Source: Bacteroidetes bacterium RIFCSPLOWO2_12_FULL_35_15 (lineage in GTDB: Bacteria; Bacteroidota; Bacteroidia; 2-12-FULL-35-15). From it: a stretch of DNA of 64,000 nucleotides. The stretch's first letter is position 1; every line of letters begins with the position of its first letter. The stretch lies in NCBI GenBank assembly GCA_001769385.1, contig MEPB01000068.1:63917-127916 (forward strand), read 5' to 3'. Under the pieces are notes generated by a model, which was not told where the DNA came from, ran no database searches, and saw only the letters and a program-made list of their open reading frames with translations. Made by a program: the position numbers and the translations under genes. Of this stretch, positions 46,187 through 54,837 are shown one piece after another.

Positions 46187-46492
46187 ATGAAAAATTATAT
46201 TGCTAAAAGCAGATACGATGTCATTGAATTGGCAGAAATGATAAAATCAATCGCTCATCCCGAACGATTACAAATTTTAAATTTTATGTGTAATTGCGGG
46301 AGTGATAAATTGAGTGTAAAAAACATTTATGAAACTTTGAAAATGGAACAACCAATTGTATCAAGGCATCTTGGCATAATGAAGAGAGCCGGTTTGTTGA
46401 AGAAAGAAGTGGATGGCAGAAGTACCTATTACCATCTTAATTTAGAAAATCCTGCTTGCTCCTACGCTCGAGAATGTTTGCTAAATAATTAA
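46187..46492 (+). CDS. ArsR/SmtB family transcriptional regulator
   Basis: KSIAHPERLQIL and EQPIVSRHL..MK.AGL motifs. Confidence 0.9.
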   Translation: MKNYIAKSRYDVIELAEMIKSIAHPERLQILNFMCNCGSDKLSVKNIYETLKMEQPIVSRHLGIMKRAGLLKKEVDGRSTYYHLNLENPACSYARECLLNN

Positions 46493-46509
46493 TATTTTAT
46501 TAGAGGAAG

Positions 46510-47778
46510 ATGATTGAAAAAATAATATCAGGATCAATGCATAACAGGTTCTTTGTTTGGATCGGTGTTGTTATGATTATTATTGGCGGAGTTTATTCTA
46601 TTTATGAAACTCCGGTTGATGCCATTCCCGATTTGTCCGAGAATCAGGTTATTGTTTATACAGAATGGATGGGCCGTAATCCGAAAATAATGGAGGACCA
46701 GATCACTTATCCGCTTGTTTCAAATTTGCAAGGTATTCCAAAAATAAAATCCATCCGTGCTTCATCCATGTTCGGGATGAGTTTCATTTTTGTGGTGTTC
46801 AAGGACGAGGCTGATATTTATTGGGCTCGTACACGAGTATTAGAACGATTGAACTACGCGCAAAAACAGTTGCCTGCCGGAATCACTCCAACTCTTGGAC
46901 CTGATGGAACAGGCGTTGGACATGTTTTTTGGTACACACTGGATGCACCGAATTATGATCTTGGTGAACTCCGCGCATTGCAAGACTGGTATGTTAAATT
47001 TGCCTTACAGAATGTAGATGGCGTAAGCGAAGTAGCATCCTTCGGGGGATTTCAAAAACAATATCAAATTGCAATTAATCCTTACAAGTTATTATACTTT
47101 GATGTTCCCCTGATGGATGTTACCCGTGCAGTTGCAGCGAATAACAAAGATGTAGGCGGAAGTTTGTTTGAGTTCAACTCGACCGGTTACATGATTCGGG
47201 GCTTGGGCTATATTGAAAATATAGAGGACATCAGGCAAATTGCTGTTGGCAATTACAAAAATATTTCAATAAAAATAAAAGACATTGCAACGGTTCAGAT
47301 GAGTAGCGATCTGCGATTGGGTATCACCGAAGAAAACGGCACAGGGGAAGTGGTTGGTGGGATCGTGGTATCACGCTATGGAGAGAATGCAAAAGATGTG
47401 ATTGAACGCGTGAAAGAAAAAATAAAAGAGGTTGAAAAGGGACTGCCTGAAGGCGTGAAATTTAAAATTGCTTATGACAGAAGTGATTTGATAAATGAAA
47501 CCATTGAGACACTGAAGGAATCTGTTTTGGAAGAAGTAATTGTGGTGAGTTGTGTTGTTCTGCTTTTTCTTTTTCACTTCGGCAGCGGCTTCGTGTGTAT
47601 TCTGAATATAATTCTCTCTATGTTGATAGGGTTTATCCTGATGAAACTTTTTGGAGTTACGTCCAACATCATGTCGATGGGTGGAATTGCCCTTGCCGTA
47701 GGTGATTTGGTGGATTCAAGCATTGTGATGTCAGAAAATGCATACAGGCAACTGGCAAATCGTATTTTGAAGAAGTGA
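46510..47778 (+). CDS. cusA: CusA/CzcA heavy-metal RND permease, N-terminal part
   Basis: PVDAIPDLSENQVIV, ITYPL, LGPDGTGVG, SNIMSMGGIALAVGDLVD motifs; stops after TM4. Confidence 0.85.
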   Translation: MIEKIISGSMHNRFFVWIGVVMIIIGGVYSIYETPVDAIPDLSENQVIVYTEWMGRNPKIMEDQITYPLVSNLQGIPKIKSIRASSMFGMSFIFVVFKDEADIYWARTRVLERLNYAQKQLPAGITPTLGPDGTGVGHVFWYTLDAPNYDLGELRALQDWYVKFALQNVDGVSEVASFGGFQKQYQIAINPYKLLYFDVPLMDVTRAVAANNKDVGGSLFEFNSTGYMIRGLGYIENIEDIRQIAVGNYKNISIKIKDIATVQMSSDLRLGITEENGTGEVVGGIVVSRYGENAKDVIERVKEKIKEVEKGLPEGVKFKIAYDRSDLINETIETLKESVLEEVIVVSCVVLLFLFHFGSGFVCILNIILSMLIGFILMKLFGVTSNIMSMGGIALAVGDLVDSSIVMSENAYRQLANRILKK

Positions 47779-47784
47779 TTTGTA

Positions 47785-49707
47785 ATGGAAAATAAAATAG
47801 GACATACTTCTGAAATACCGGAAGAGGAGCGAATAGAAATTATTCGCAAATCTACTGTTACTATCGGACGTGCTGTTTTCATGTCGATTCTGGTTACGCT
47901 TATTTCTTTTGCTCCTATTTTATTTCTCGAAGGCCAGGAAAAGAAACTCTTCACTCCATTAGTATTGACAAAAACATTCTGCATGATCGGCTCAGCAATT
48001 GCGACCCTTTTTATTATACCGGTTGCTTTGCAAAGCTTTATGAAAGGGAAACTGCGCAGTGAAGATGCCAACCCTGTTTCCAAATATCTCTCGAAGTTTT
48101 TTTCACCGATAACAAGATTTTGTCTTCGTTGGAAAAAAATGGTAATTCTTATAATTGCAGCTCTGGTTGTGGCAAGTATCCCGGTTGTTTTGAATACCGG
48201 GACTGAATTTATGCCTCCGCTGGATGAAGGTTCATTGCTGCTGATGCCGGTGACACTTCCCGATGTGTCCAATTCAGAGGCGAAAAGAATTTTACAGGTT
48301 CAGGACCGGATTATAAAAAGTTTTCCGGAAGTAGAAAATGTGTTGGGAAAAGCAGGTCGCGCCTATACTGCCACTGATAATGCTCCAATGAGCATGATTG
48401 AAACAATCATTATTCTGAAACCAAAATCGAAGTGGCGGGAAGGAATGACAAAAGAAAAACTCATCGATGAAATGAATAAAAAAGTTCAGGTTCCCGGTGT
48501 TACTATAGGATGGACACAACCCATCATTAATCGTATCAACATGCTTTCGACAGGAATAAGAACGGATGTAGGAATAAAAATTTACGGACAAAATCTGGAT
48601 AGTATTTATGACCTGTCACTGAAAGTTGAAAATGCACTGAAAGGAGTTGAAGGTCTTGCAGATTTATATGTAGAGCAGCTTACAGGAGGAAAATACCTGG
48701 ATATAAAGATCGATCGAAAAGAAATTGCCCGCTATGGCTTGAGTGTGGATGATGTGAATATGATCATTGAAACGGCACTTGGCGGAATGATAATTACGAA
48801 TACGGTTGAAGGCAGGGAGCGTTTTAATATTAGTATTCGCCTTGGACAGGATTTTCGGAATGATATTTCTGAAATAAAACGTATTCCTGTTCAAACGCAA
48901 CAATACGGTGCTATTCCCCTTTCCTCTGTCACTGATATTAAAATTACGGAAGGGCCTCCGATGATTAGCTCAGAGAATGCAATGTTACGTGGAACGGTGC
49001 TATTCAATATCAGAGGAAAGGATATGGGTAGCGTAGTGAAGGAAGCAAAAAAAAGAATTGATACCGAATTCAAAAAACTTCCGAAAGGATATTTTATTCA
49101 ATGGAGCGGTCAGTATGAGAATCAGGTGAGGGCGCAAAAAAGATTAAGCCTCATTATTCCCATTGTGTTGCTGATTATGATTCTTGTTTTATATACCACC
49201 TTTCATTCGTTTCGTGAAGTGCTGATTATTTTTACAGGAATACCTGTTGCAATAATTGGCGGTATTCTTTCCCTTCATTTTTACAATGTGAATATTTCGG
49301 TTGCGGTTGTTGTTGGTTTTATCTCTCTGCTTGGTGTTGCTGTGGAAACAGGTGTTTTAATTCTTGTTTATATGAACAACGAATTAGCGATCTTAAAAGA
49401 AAGAGCTAAGTCGGAAAAGTTTTCTATTACCCCTTTGCATATTGAAGATGCCGTATTCAAAGGATCTGCATTACGTATCCGTCCCATACTGATGACCGTT
49501 ATTGTTGATTTATTAGGGATGATTCCTGTTATAGCTGCAACCGGTGCAGGTAGCGATGTGATGCGCCCAATCACACTTCCCTTCGTATTTGGTTTGTTAT
49601 TTTCTATTTTATACTCGCTTATTTTACTTCCGGCTGTTTTTGCCCTTATCAAAGAATATGAATTTAAAAGGAGCGGGACCCTAACCTATGTTAATGCTAA
49701 AGATTAA
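47785..49707 (+). CDS. cusA: CusA/CzcA heavy-metal RND permease, C-terminal part
   Basis: EGQEKKLFTPL, GTEFMPPLDEG, QPIINRINML.TG, RIRPILMT motifs; same reading frame as the N-terminal part, 6 bp after its stop. Confidence 0.85.
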   Translation: MENKIGHTSEIPEEERIEIIRKSTVTIGRAVFMSILVTLISFAPILFLEGQEKKLFTPLVLTKTFCMIGSAIATLFIIPVALQSFMKGKLRSEDANPVSKYLSKFFSPITRFCLRWKKMVILIIAALVVASIPVVLNTGTEFMPPLDEGSLLLMPVTLPDVSNSEAKRILQVQDRIIKSFPEVENVLGKAGRAYTATDNAPMSMIETIIILKPKSKWREGMTKEKLIDEMNKKVQVPGVTIGWTQPIINRINMLSTGIRTDVGIKIYGQNLDSIYDLSLKVENALKGVEGLADLYVEQLTGGKYLDIKIDRKEIARYGLSVDDVNMIIETALGGMIITNTVEGRERFNISIRLGQDFRNDISEIKRIPVQTQQYGAIPLSSVTDIKITEGPPMISSENAMLRGTVLFNIRGKDMGSVVKEAKKRIDTEFKKLPKGYFIQWSGQYENQVRAQKRLSLIIPIVLLIMILVLYTTFHSFREVLIIFTGIPVAIIGGILSLHFYNVNISVAVVVGFISLLGVAVETGVLILVYMNNELAILKERAKSEKFSITPLHIEDAVFKGSALRIRPILMTVIVDLLGMIPVIAATGAGSDVMRPITLPFVFGLLFSILYSLILLPAVFALIKEYEFKRSGTLTYVNAKD

Positions 49708-49710
49708 AAA

Positions 49711-50193
49711 ATGAAAACTCGTACTAAAAGTATCATTATTCATTCAACGCCCGAAAAGGTATTCGCATATATGGATAGCCTCGGAAATACGGGAATGCAC
49801 ATGACCCAATCAAATATGCCGATGATGGGTGGAAAGCTGGAACTTAAGCAACTTTCTCAGAATTCAACCGGGCCTCATGCAAAATTCCAATGGAAGGGAA
49901 ATGTATTATGGATGAAACTTGATTTTACGGTTGAAGTAACAGAATGGGAAAAAAATAAAGTAAAAGTTTGGGAAACACTTGCTGAAGCAAAAATAATTAT
50001 TCTTTCGTGGTATCGGATGCGTCTCCAGCTCACTCCAGTGAAGGAAGGAACTATGGCGGATTTGAGTATTTCCTTTACTACTCCTCAAACTGTTTTTGAA
50101 AAAATTCTTGCTTTCTTTTTAGCAGATTGGTATGCAAACTGGTGCTTGAAAAACATGTTGTATGATAGTAAAAAAGCGCTTGAACAAAAATGA
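49711..50193 (+). CDS. SRPBCC family protein
   Basis: I.I...PEKVF.Y.D N-terminus and VTEW...K.K.W motif; Met-rich segment GMHMTQSNMPMMGG. Confidence 0.7.
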   Translation: MKTRTKSIIIHSTPEKVFAYMDSLGNTGMHMTQSNMPMMGGKLELKQLSQNSTGPHAKFQWKGNVLWMKLDFTVEVTEWEKNKVKVWETLAEAKIIILSWYRMRLQLTPVKEGTMADLSISFTTPQTVFEKILAFFLADWYANWCLKNMLYDSKKALEQK

Positions 50194-51455
50194 TAAAAAA
50201 AATAAATAGAAAATATTTTTTCTACCTGGCAATATCGTTTTTGCTTGTCAAATTCTCTTTTGCTCAGGATACGACTCATTTAAGTCTGTCAACAATATTT
50301 CAGAAAATAGAAAGCTCTTATCCGGAAATACAGATGTATGAAGCAAAAATAAAATCCATTCAGGCTCAATCAGAAGGAGCGAAAAGCTGGATGCCGCCAA
50401 GTGCTTCATTCGGAATTGATAGGTTCCCTTATGATTTTATGATGCTCAAATCAAAGGATGATCCAATGAATCAGGCAGGTTTTATGTTTTCTGTGGAACA
50501 GATGATTCCTAATCCTACAAAACTAAGTTCAAAGCAAAACTATATCAATTCACTTTCAAGCGTTCAGCAAAATAATGCGGAGTGGACAAAAAATATTCTG
50601 AGAAGTCGTGCTAAGTTTTTCTATTACCAACGATATGTTGCTGAGAAAAAACTGAAAATAACAAAAGAGAATATGAACTTATTGAATCTTTTTATTGGCA
50701 CAGCAGAAGAGCGTTACAAATACAACCAATCTGATTTAAATACGATCTACAAAGCCCAGGCAAAGCTCCAGGATTTGAAAAATATGCAGAGCATGTTGTT
50801 ATCTGAAATATCGGAAAGTAATATCGGTTTGAATATTTTGATGAACCGGGATCTCCAAATTTTATTCAGCATCGATACACTGATTTTGCTTCACAACTAT
50901 GAAAAGTTTACTATCGATACTTCGGCACTTAAACGAAATGACATCGCTTCTGTTGAAAGTTCTATTCAATCCATGAAACTTAATCAAACATGGATGGGAA
51001 GTTCAAAAAAACCAGATTTTGGTATAAAAGTTCAACACATGCAAATGCTTGGAATGCCCAACCAGTTTTCGGTAATGGGAATGGTAACGATCCCTATTGT
51101 GCCCTGGTCAGCTAAGATGTATAAATCAGATATTAAATCAATGGGATTTGATATTGATGCCATGCAGAAAGAAAAAGAAACAATGAAGTTGATGGCGATG
51201 CAAATGATCCGGGAAAAATTAATAATGCTGAAATATGAAAAAGAACAATTATTGAATTATGAAAATGAAATTATTCCTGCTTATCAGAAAAATATGGAAG
51301 CAAGTTTGATTTCTTATAAACAAAATACAGGTAGTTTTTTCATTTTGCTTGATGCATGGGATATGATACTGATGAAACAAATGGAATATTTAAACAAACT
51401 GAATACCGTTCTTAAACTGGAAGCCGAATACGAATACGAAATTGAAAAGAAATGA
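50190..51455 (+). CDS. TolC family outer membrane efflux protein (CusC-like)
   Basis: Signal peptide, helical OEP-type repeats, Q.IP and TIPI beta motifs; RND operon context. Confidence 0.82.
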   Translation: MIKKINRKYFFYLAISFLLVKFSFAQDTTHLSLSTIFQKIESSYPEIQMYEAKIKSIQAQSEGAKSWMPPSASFGIDRFPYDFMMLKSKDDPMNQAGFMFSVEQMIPNPTKLSSKQNYINSLSSVQQNNAEWTKNILRSRAKFFYYQRYVAEKKLKITKENMNLLNLFIGTAEERYKYNQSDLNTIYKAQAKLQDLKNMQSMLLSEISESNIGLNILMNRDLQILFSIDTLILLHNYEKFTIDTSALKRNDIASVESSIQSMKLNQTWMGSSKKPDFGIKVQHMQMLGMPNQFSVMGMVTIPIVPWSAKMYKSDIKSMGFDIDAMQKEKETMKLMAMQMIREKLIMLKYEKEQLLNYENEIIPAYQKNMEASLISYKQNTGSFFILLDAWDMILMKQMEYLNKLNTVLKLEAEYEYEIEKK

Positions 51456-52678
51456 TGAAACACTATATATCCACTCTGTTGGTTTTTTTATTAGCAACAA
51501 GTTGCGAAAATAAAACTATCGACCATTCTAAACACAACATGCATGATATGCATGATATGAAAGGAAAGGATACATCAACCGTGCATCAGGATACAACTTC
51601 AATTGAAAGCTATTTGGATGAAGTAATTAATCCTGTAAATGAAGTGGTGATCTCCAATCAGGAAACGGTTAAACCAATAAAGAGAGAGTTCGGAAATACT
51701 ATTTTCAATGATGGATACATTTCAGTTGACGAAAGAAGAAACAACAAAATTTCGGCAAGATTTGGAGGTAGAATTGAAAAACTTCATGTGAAATACAATT
51801 ATCAGTATGTGAAGAAAGGAGAAAAAATTATGGAACTCTTTAGCCCCGAAATAATTACAATGGAGGAAGAGTACATTCATCATCTGATGACTTTTAGCGA
51901 CAAAAATTTAATTCAGAAAACAAAAGAAAAATTAGTACTGCTTGGATTGTCTGAAAACGAAATCACAACAATTGAAAAAACAGGAAAGCCGCTTGAAGCA
52001 ATTCCTATTTATAGTCCGTATGAAGGATATGTATTATTTGATACCGGTGAAAAAGAATTTAATACAAGTACGAAAGAGATGCCGAACGGAATGAATATGG
52101 GAGTTGAGTCAGATAAAAACAAATCTTCAATGCAAGCAACACCCACACAGATCAAGGAAGGAAGTTATGTAAAGGAGGGACAACTATTATTTGTCGTGAA
52201 TGATTTAAAAGTAGTATGGGCAATCATTGCTTTGAATACAAAAGATGAATCAGGATTAAAAATTAATTCGCCTGTGAGTATAGTTAGTGAACTGACAGAT
52301 GATCCGGTTCATGGAATTATAAATTTCATTGAGCCTGGTTATAAAACAGGGCAAAAATTTACACAGGCGAGAATTTATCTGAAGAATGATAATCAACATT
52401 ATAAAATCAATTCTCTTGTAACCATGCAAATTTCAGAAGAAGGAAAAGTCGTGAGTGTTCCTAACAGTTCGGTTTTAGATTTAGGGAAAAAAAAAATGGT
52501 TTGGATTAAATCCGGTGAGACAAAAGGAGGAAGTAAATTGTTTAAAGCAAGAAGTGTAATTGCCGGAAATGATAGAAATGGATTTACAGAAATAATTTCT
52601 GGAATTACTGAAAAGGATGAAATTGCAAAAGGCGCAGGATACCTTATTGACAGTGAAAGTTTAATTAAAGAAAAGTAA
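51452..52678 (+). CDS. RND periplasmic adaptor (CusB-like), lipoprotein with His/Met-rich N-terminus
   Basis: LLATSC lipobox, HSKHNMHDMHDM, RFGGRIEKL, VKKGE and YLIDSES motifs. Confidence 0.85.
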   Translation: MMKHYISTLLVFLLATSCENKTIDHSKHNMHDMHDMKGKDTSTVHQDTTSIESYLDEVINPVNEVVISNQETVKPIKREFGNTIFNDGYISVDERRNNKISARFGGRIEKLHVKYNYQYVKKGEKIMELFSPEIITMEEEYIHHLMTFSDKNLIQKTKEKLVLLGLSENEITTIEKTGKPLEAIPIYSPYEGYVLFDTGEKEFNTSTKEMPNGMNMGVESDKNKSSMQATPTQIKEGSYVKEGQLLFVVNDLKVVWAIIALNTKDESGLKINSPVSIVSELTDDPVHGIINFIEPGYKTGQKFTQARIYLKNDNQHYKINSLVTMQISEEGKVVSVPNSSVLDLGKKKMVWIKSGETKGGSKLFKARSVIAGNDRNGFTEIISGITEKDEIAKGAGYLIDSESLIKEK

Positions 52679-52679
52679 G

Positions 52680-53777
52680 ATGAAAGCAGTTAACATATTT
52701 TTATTTCTTACCGTTTCCTTTTTTTCTTGCGACAAAAAACCGAAAGAGAAACCAAATGAAATTGGTACTCAAGAAAACAATACTATTATAGAGCTTTCAG
52801 CCCGTGAGCAAGGTTTAGTCAATCTTAATATTGAAACCGTAAGAAATAAAACTATTTTTGAAACAACAACCTTGCTTGGAAAAGCTACCGTTGATGAAAA
52901 CAAAATCAGTATTATCAGTTCACGAATAAAAGGAAGAGTAGAAAGTCTGTTTGTCCGTACTACCGGAGAAGAAATAAAAAACGGAGAAGCATTGTATTCC
53001 ATATACAGTGAAGAATTGTTAACTGATCAAAATGAATATCTTCTTGCCATTAAACAACGACCAGAATTTTCATCCGAAAAAAATATGGTAAATAAATTAA
53101 CCGAGGCATCAAAAAAAAAATTACTTCTATGGGGTATGGGTGAAAACCAAATAAATAAACTTGAACAATCAAAATCACCATCTCCTTCAATTACTTTTTA
53201 TAGTGATGTCAGTGGTTATTTAGCGGAACTGAATATTAGTGAAGGCGAGTATGTTGATATTGGAACAGCGCTTTTAAAAATTGCTCAAGCAAGTTCTGTT
53301 TGGGTGGAAGCACAGGCTTTTCCCAATGAAATTAACTATCTCTATCAAAACCCTGAAACCAATATTGAGTTTGAAGCATTGCCGAATGAAGTTTTCAAAG
53401 GTCGGATTGTTTTTAATTCTCCGGCATTTGAACAAAACTCTAAAATCAATTTTGTACGAATTGAGATCCAAAATATAAACAGAACAATAAAGCCGGGAAT
53501 GATGGCTTCAGTTGTCTTGAAAACAGATGCGAAAAAAACAGTAGTTATTCCTAAATCATCCATCACGCTTGGTGAAATGCCAACCGTTTGGATTGAAAAA
53601 GAAAAAGGCAAATATGAAATGAGACGAATTCATACAGGGATCCAAACAAAAAATGAAATTGAAGTAATACATGGAATTGCTGAAGGTGAAAAAATTGTAA
53701 CATCAGGGACGTATCTCATTAATAGTGCCTATATATTAACGAATGGAGCAAACTCAATGGAAGGAATGAAAATGTAA
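52680..53777 (+). CDS. Second RND periplasmic adaptor (CusB-like)
   Basis: FFSC lipobox, RIKGRVESL, IYSEEL...Q.EYL, KPGM and C-terminal MEGMKM motifs. Confidence 0.85.
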   Translation: MKAVNIFLFLTVSFFSCDKKPKEKPNEIGTQENNTIIELSAREQGLVNLNIETVRNKTIFETTTLLGKATVDENKISIISSRIKGRVESLFVRTTGEEIKNGEALYSIYSEELLTDQNEYLLAIKQRPEFSSEKNMVNKLTEASKKKLLLWGMGENQINKLEQSKSPSPSITFYSDVSGYLAELNISEGEYVDIGTALLKIAQASSVWVEAQAFPNEINYLYQNPETNIEFEALPNEVFKGRIVFNSPAFEQNSKINFVRIEIQNINRTIKPGMMASVVLKTDAKKTVVIPKSSITLGEMPTVWIEKEKGKYEMRRIHTGIQTKNEIEVIHGIAEGEKIVTSGTYLINSAYILTNGANSMEGMKM

Positions 53778-53782
53778 ATCCT

Positions 53783-54628
53783 ATGGAAAATTTTATAATT
53801 ACAAAGGCATCCGGAGAAAAAGTCACATACTCATCTCAAAAACTTCGCAAATCGCTGGAGCGTTCGGGTGCAAATACAGAAACAATAAGTGCAATCATAA
53901 AAGAAGTTGAAAGTCGGCTTTATAACGGAATAACTTCGAAAAAAATTTATCGCATCGCATTCGAACTATTAAAAAAATATTCCAAGCCGGTTGCAGCAAA
54001 GTATAAACTGAAGCAGGCAATTATGGAACTGGGTCCTTCGGGTTATCCCTTTGAAAAATTTATTGCTGAAATCATGAAATATCAAGGCTTTCAAATTAAG
54101 GTCGGGAAAATTGTAAGCGGTAGTTGCGTAAATCACGAGATAGATGTAATAGCCGAAAAAGATGAAAAACATTTTATGGTGGAATGTAAATACCACAACA
54201 GAAGGGGGACAATCTGTGACGTAAAAATTCCGCTATACATACAAGCTCGATTTAAAGATGTGGAACAAGAATGGAAAAATCTACCGGGGCATGGAACAAA
54301 ATTTCATCAAGGTTGGGTGGTCACCAATACACGGTTTTCGGATGATGCAATTCAATATGGAACCTGCGCGGGGCTTCACCTTGTCGGCTGGGATTTTCCA
54401 AAGCAGGGAAGTTTGAAAGAACAAATTGATGTTTCAGGTCTCTATCCAATAACTTGTCTCAACACTTTAACCTTAGGAGATAAACAACAACTGCTTGATC
54501 ATAAAATTGTTTTGTGCAAAGAGATTTGTGATAACCCAAACCTGCTTTCTGAAAATGGCATTAATGCTAAACGAATAGGTCCCATTTTAAAAGAAGCGCA
54601 ACTATTATGTGAAGGAGGAAAATTATGA
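53783..54628 (+). CDS. ATP-cone plus Mrr-like restriction endonuclease domain protein
   Basis: ITKASGE...Y...KL..SL..SG ATP cone; LGPSGYPFEKF, HEIDV.A, VECKYH and VTNTRF PD-(D/E)xK motifs. Confidence 0.82.
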   Translation: MENFIITKASGEKVTYSSQKLRKSLERSGANTETISAIIKEVESRLYNGITSKKIYRIAFELLKKYSKPVAAKYKLKQAIMELGPSGYPFEKFIAEIMKYQGFQIKVGKIVSGSCVNHEIDVIAEKDEKHFMVECKYHNRRGTICDVKIPLYIQARFKDVEQEWKNLPGHGTKFHQGWVVTNTRFSDDAIQYGTCAGLHLVGWDFPKQGSLKEQIDVSGLYPITCLNTLTLGDKQQLLDHKIVLCKEICDNPNLLSENGINAKRIGPILKEAQLLCEGGKL

Positions 54629-54750
54629 ATTTAATTATATTCCCAATCGAAAATCCTCATACACTTCACAAAAATGAATTTTGTGAAAGACTTGCTGTTA
54701 TTAACAAGATGCTTCATTCCATTCATCATGACAAAACAACAAACACATAA
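54625..54750 (+). CDS. Possible 41-aa His-rich peptide
   Basis: ATGA overlap with the upstream stop; MNLIIFPIENPHTLHKNEFCERLAVINKMLHSIHHDKTTNT; below the ORF-track cutoff. Confidence 0.3.
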   Translation: MNLIIFPIENPHTLHKNEFCERLAVINKMLHSIHHDKTTNT

Positions 54751-54837
54751 TTTCATAAATCTGTTTGTTGATGTTTTCGAGGCATTATTAATCGAACTCA
54801 GGTTAAAAAGAATTTTGAAAAAATAAAAAACAGTATA

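Noticed and set aside
47776-47778. Selenocysteine or genetic-code reassignment of the TGA in cusA
   Set aside because: TGA is used as a normal stop by many genes here, the position is not a catalytic Cys site, and no SECIS-like hairpin is evident downstream.
47574-48272. 232-aa minus-strand ORF
   Set aside because: Antisense shadow of the well-supported cusA halves.
42605-54628. Defence island or prophage (HNH plus Mrr-like nuclease)
   Set aside because: The two nucleases are 11 kb apart in unrelated operons; no integrase, phage structural or methyltransferase genes.
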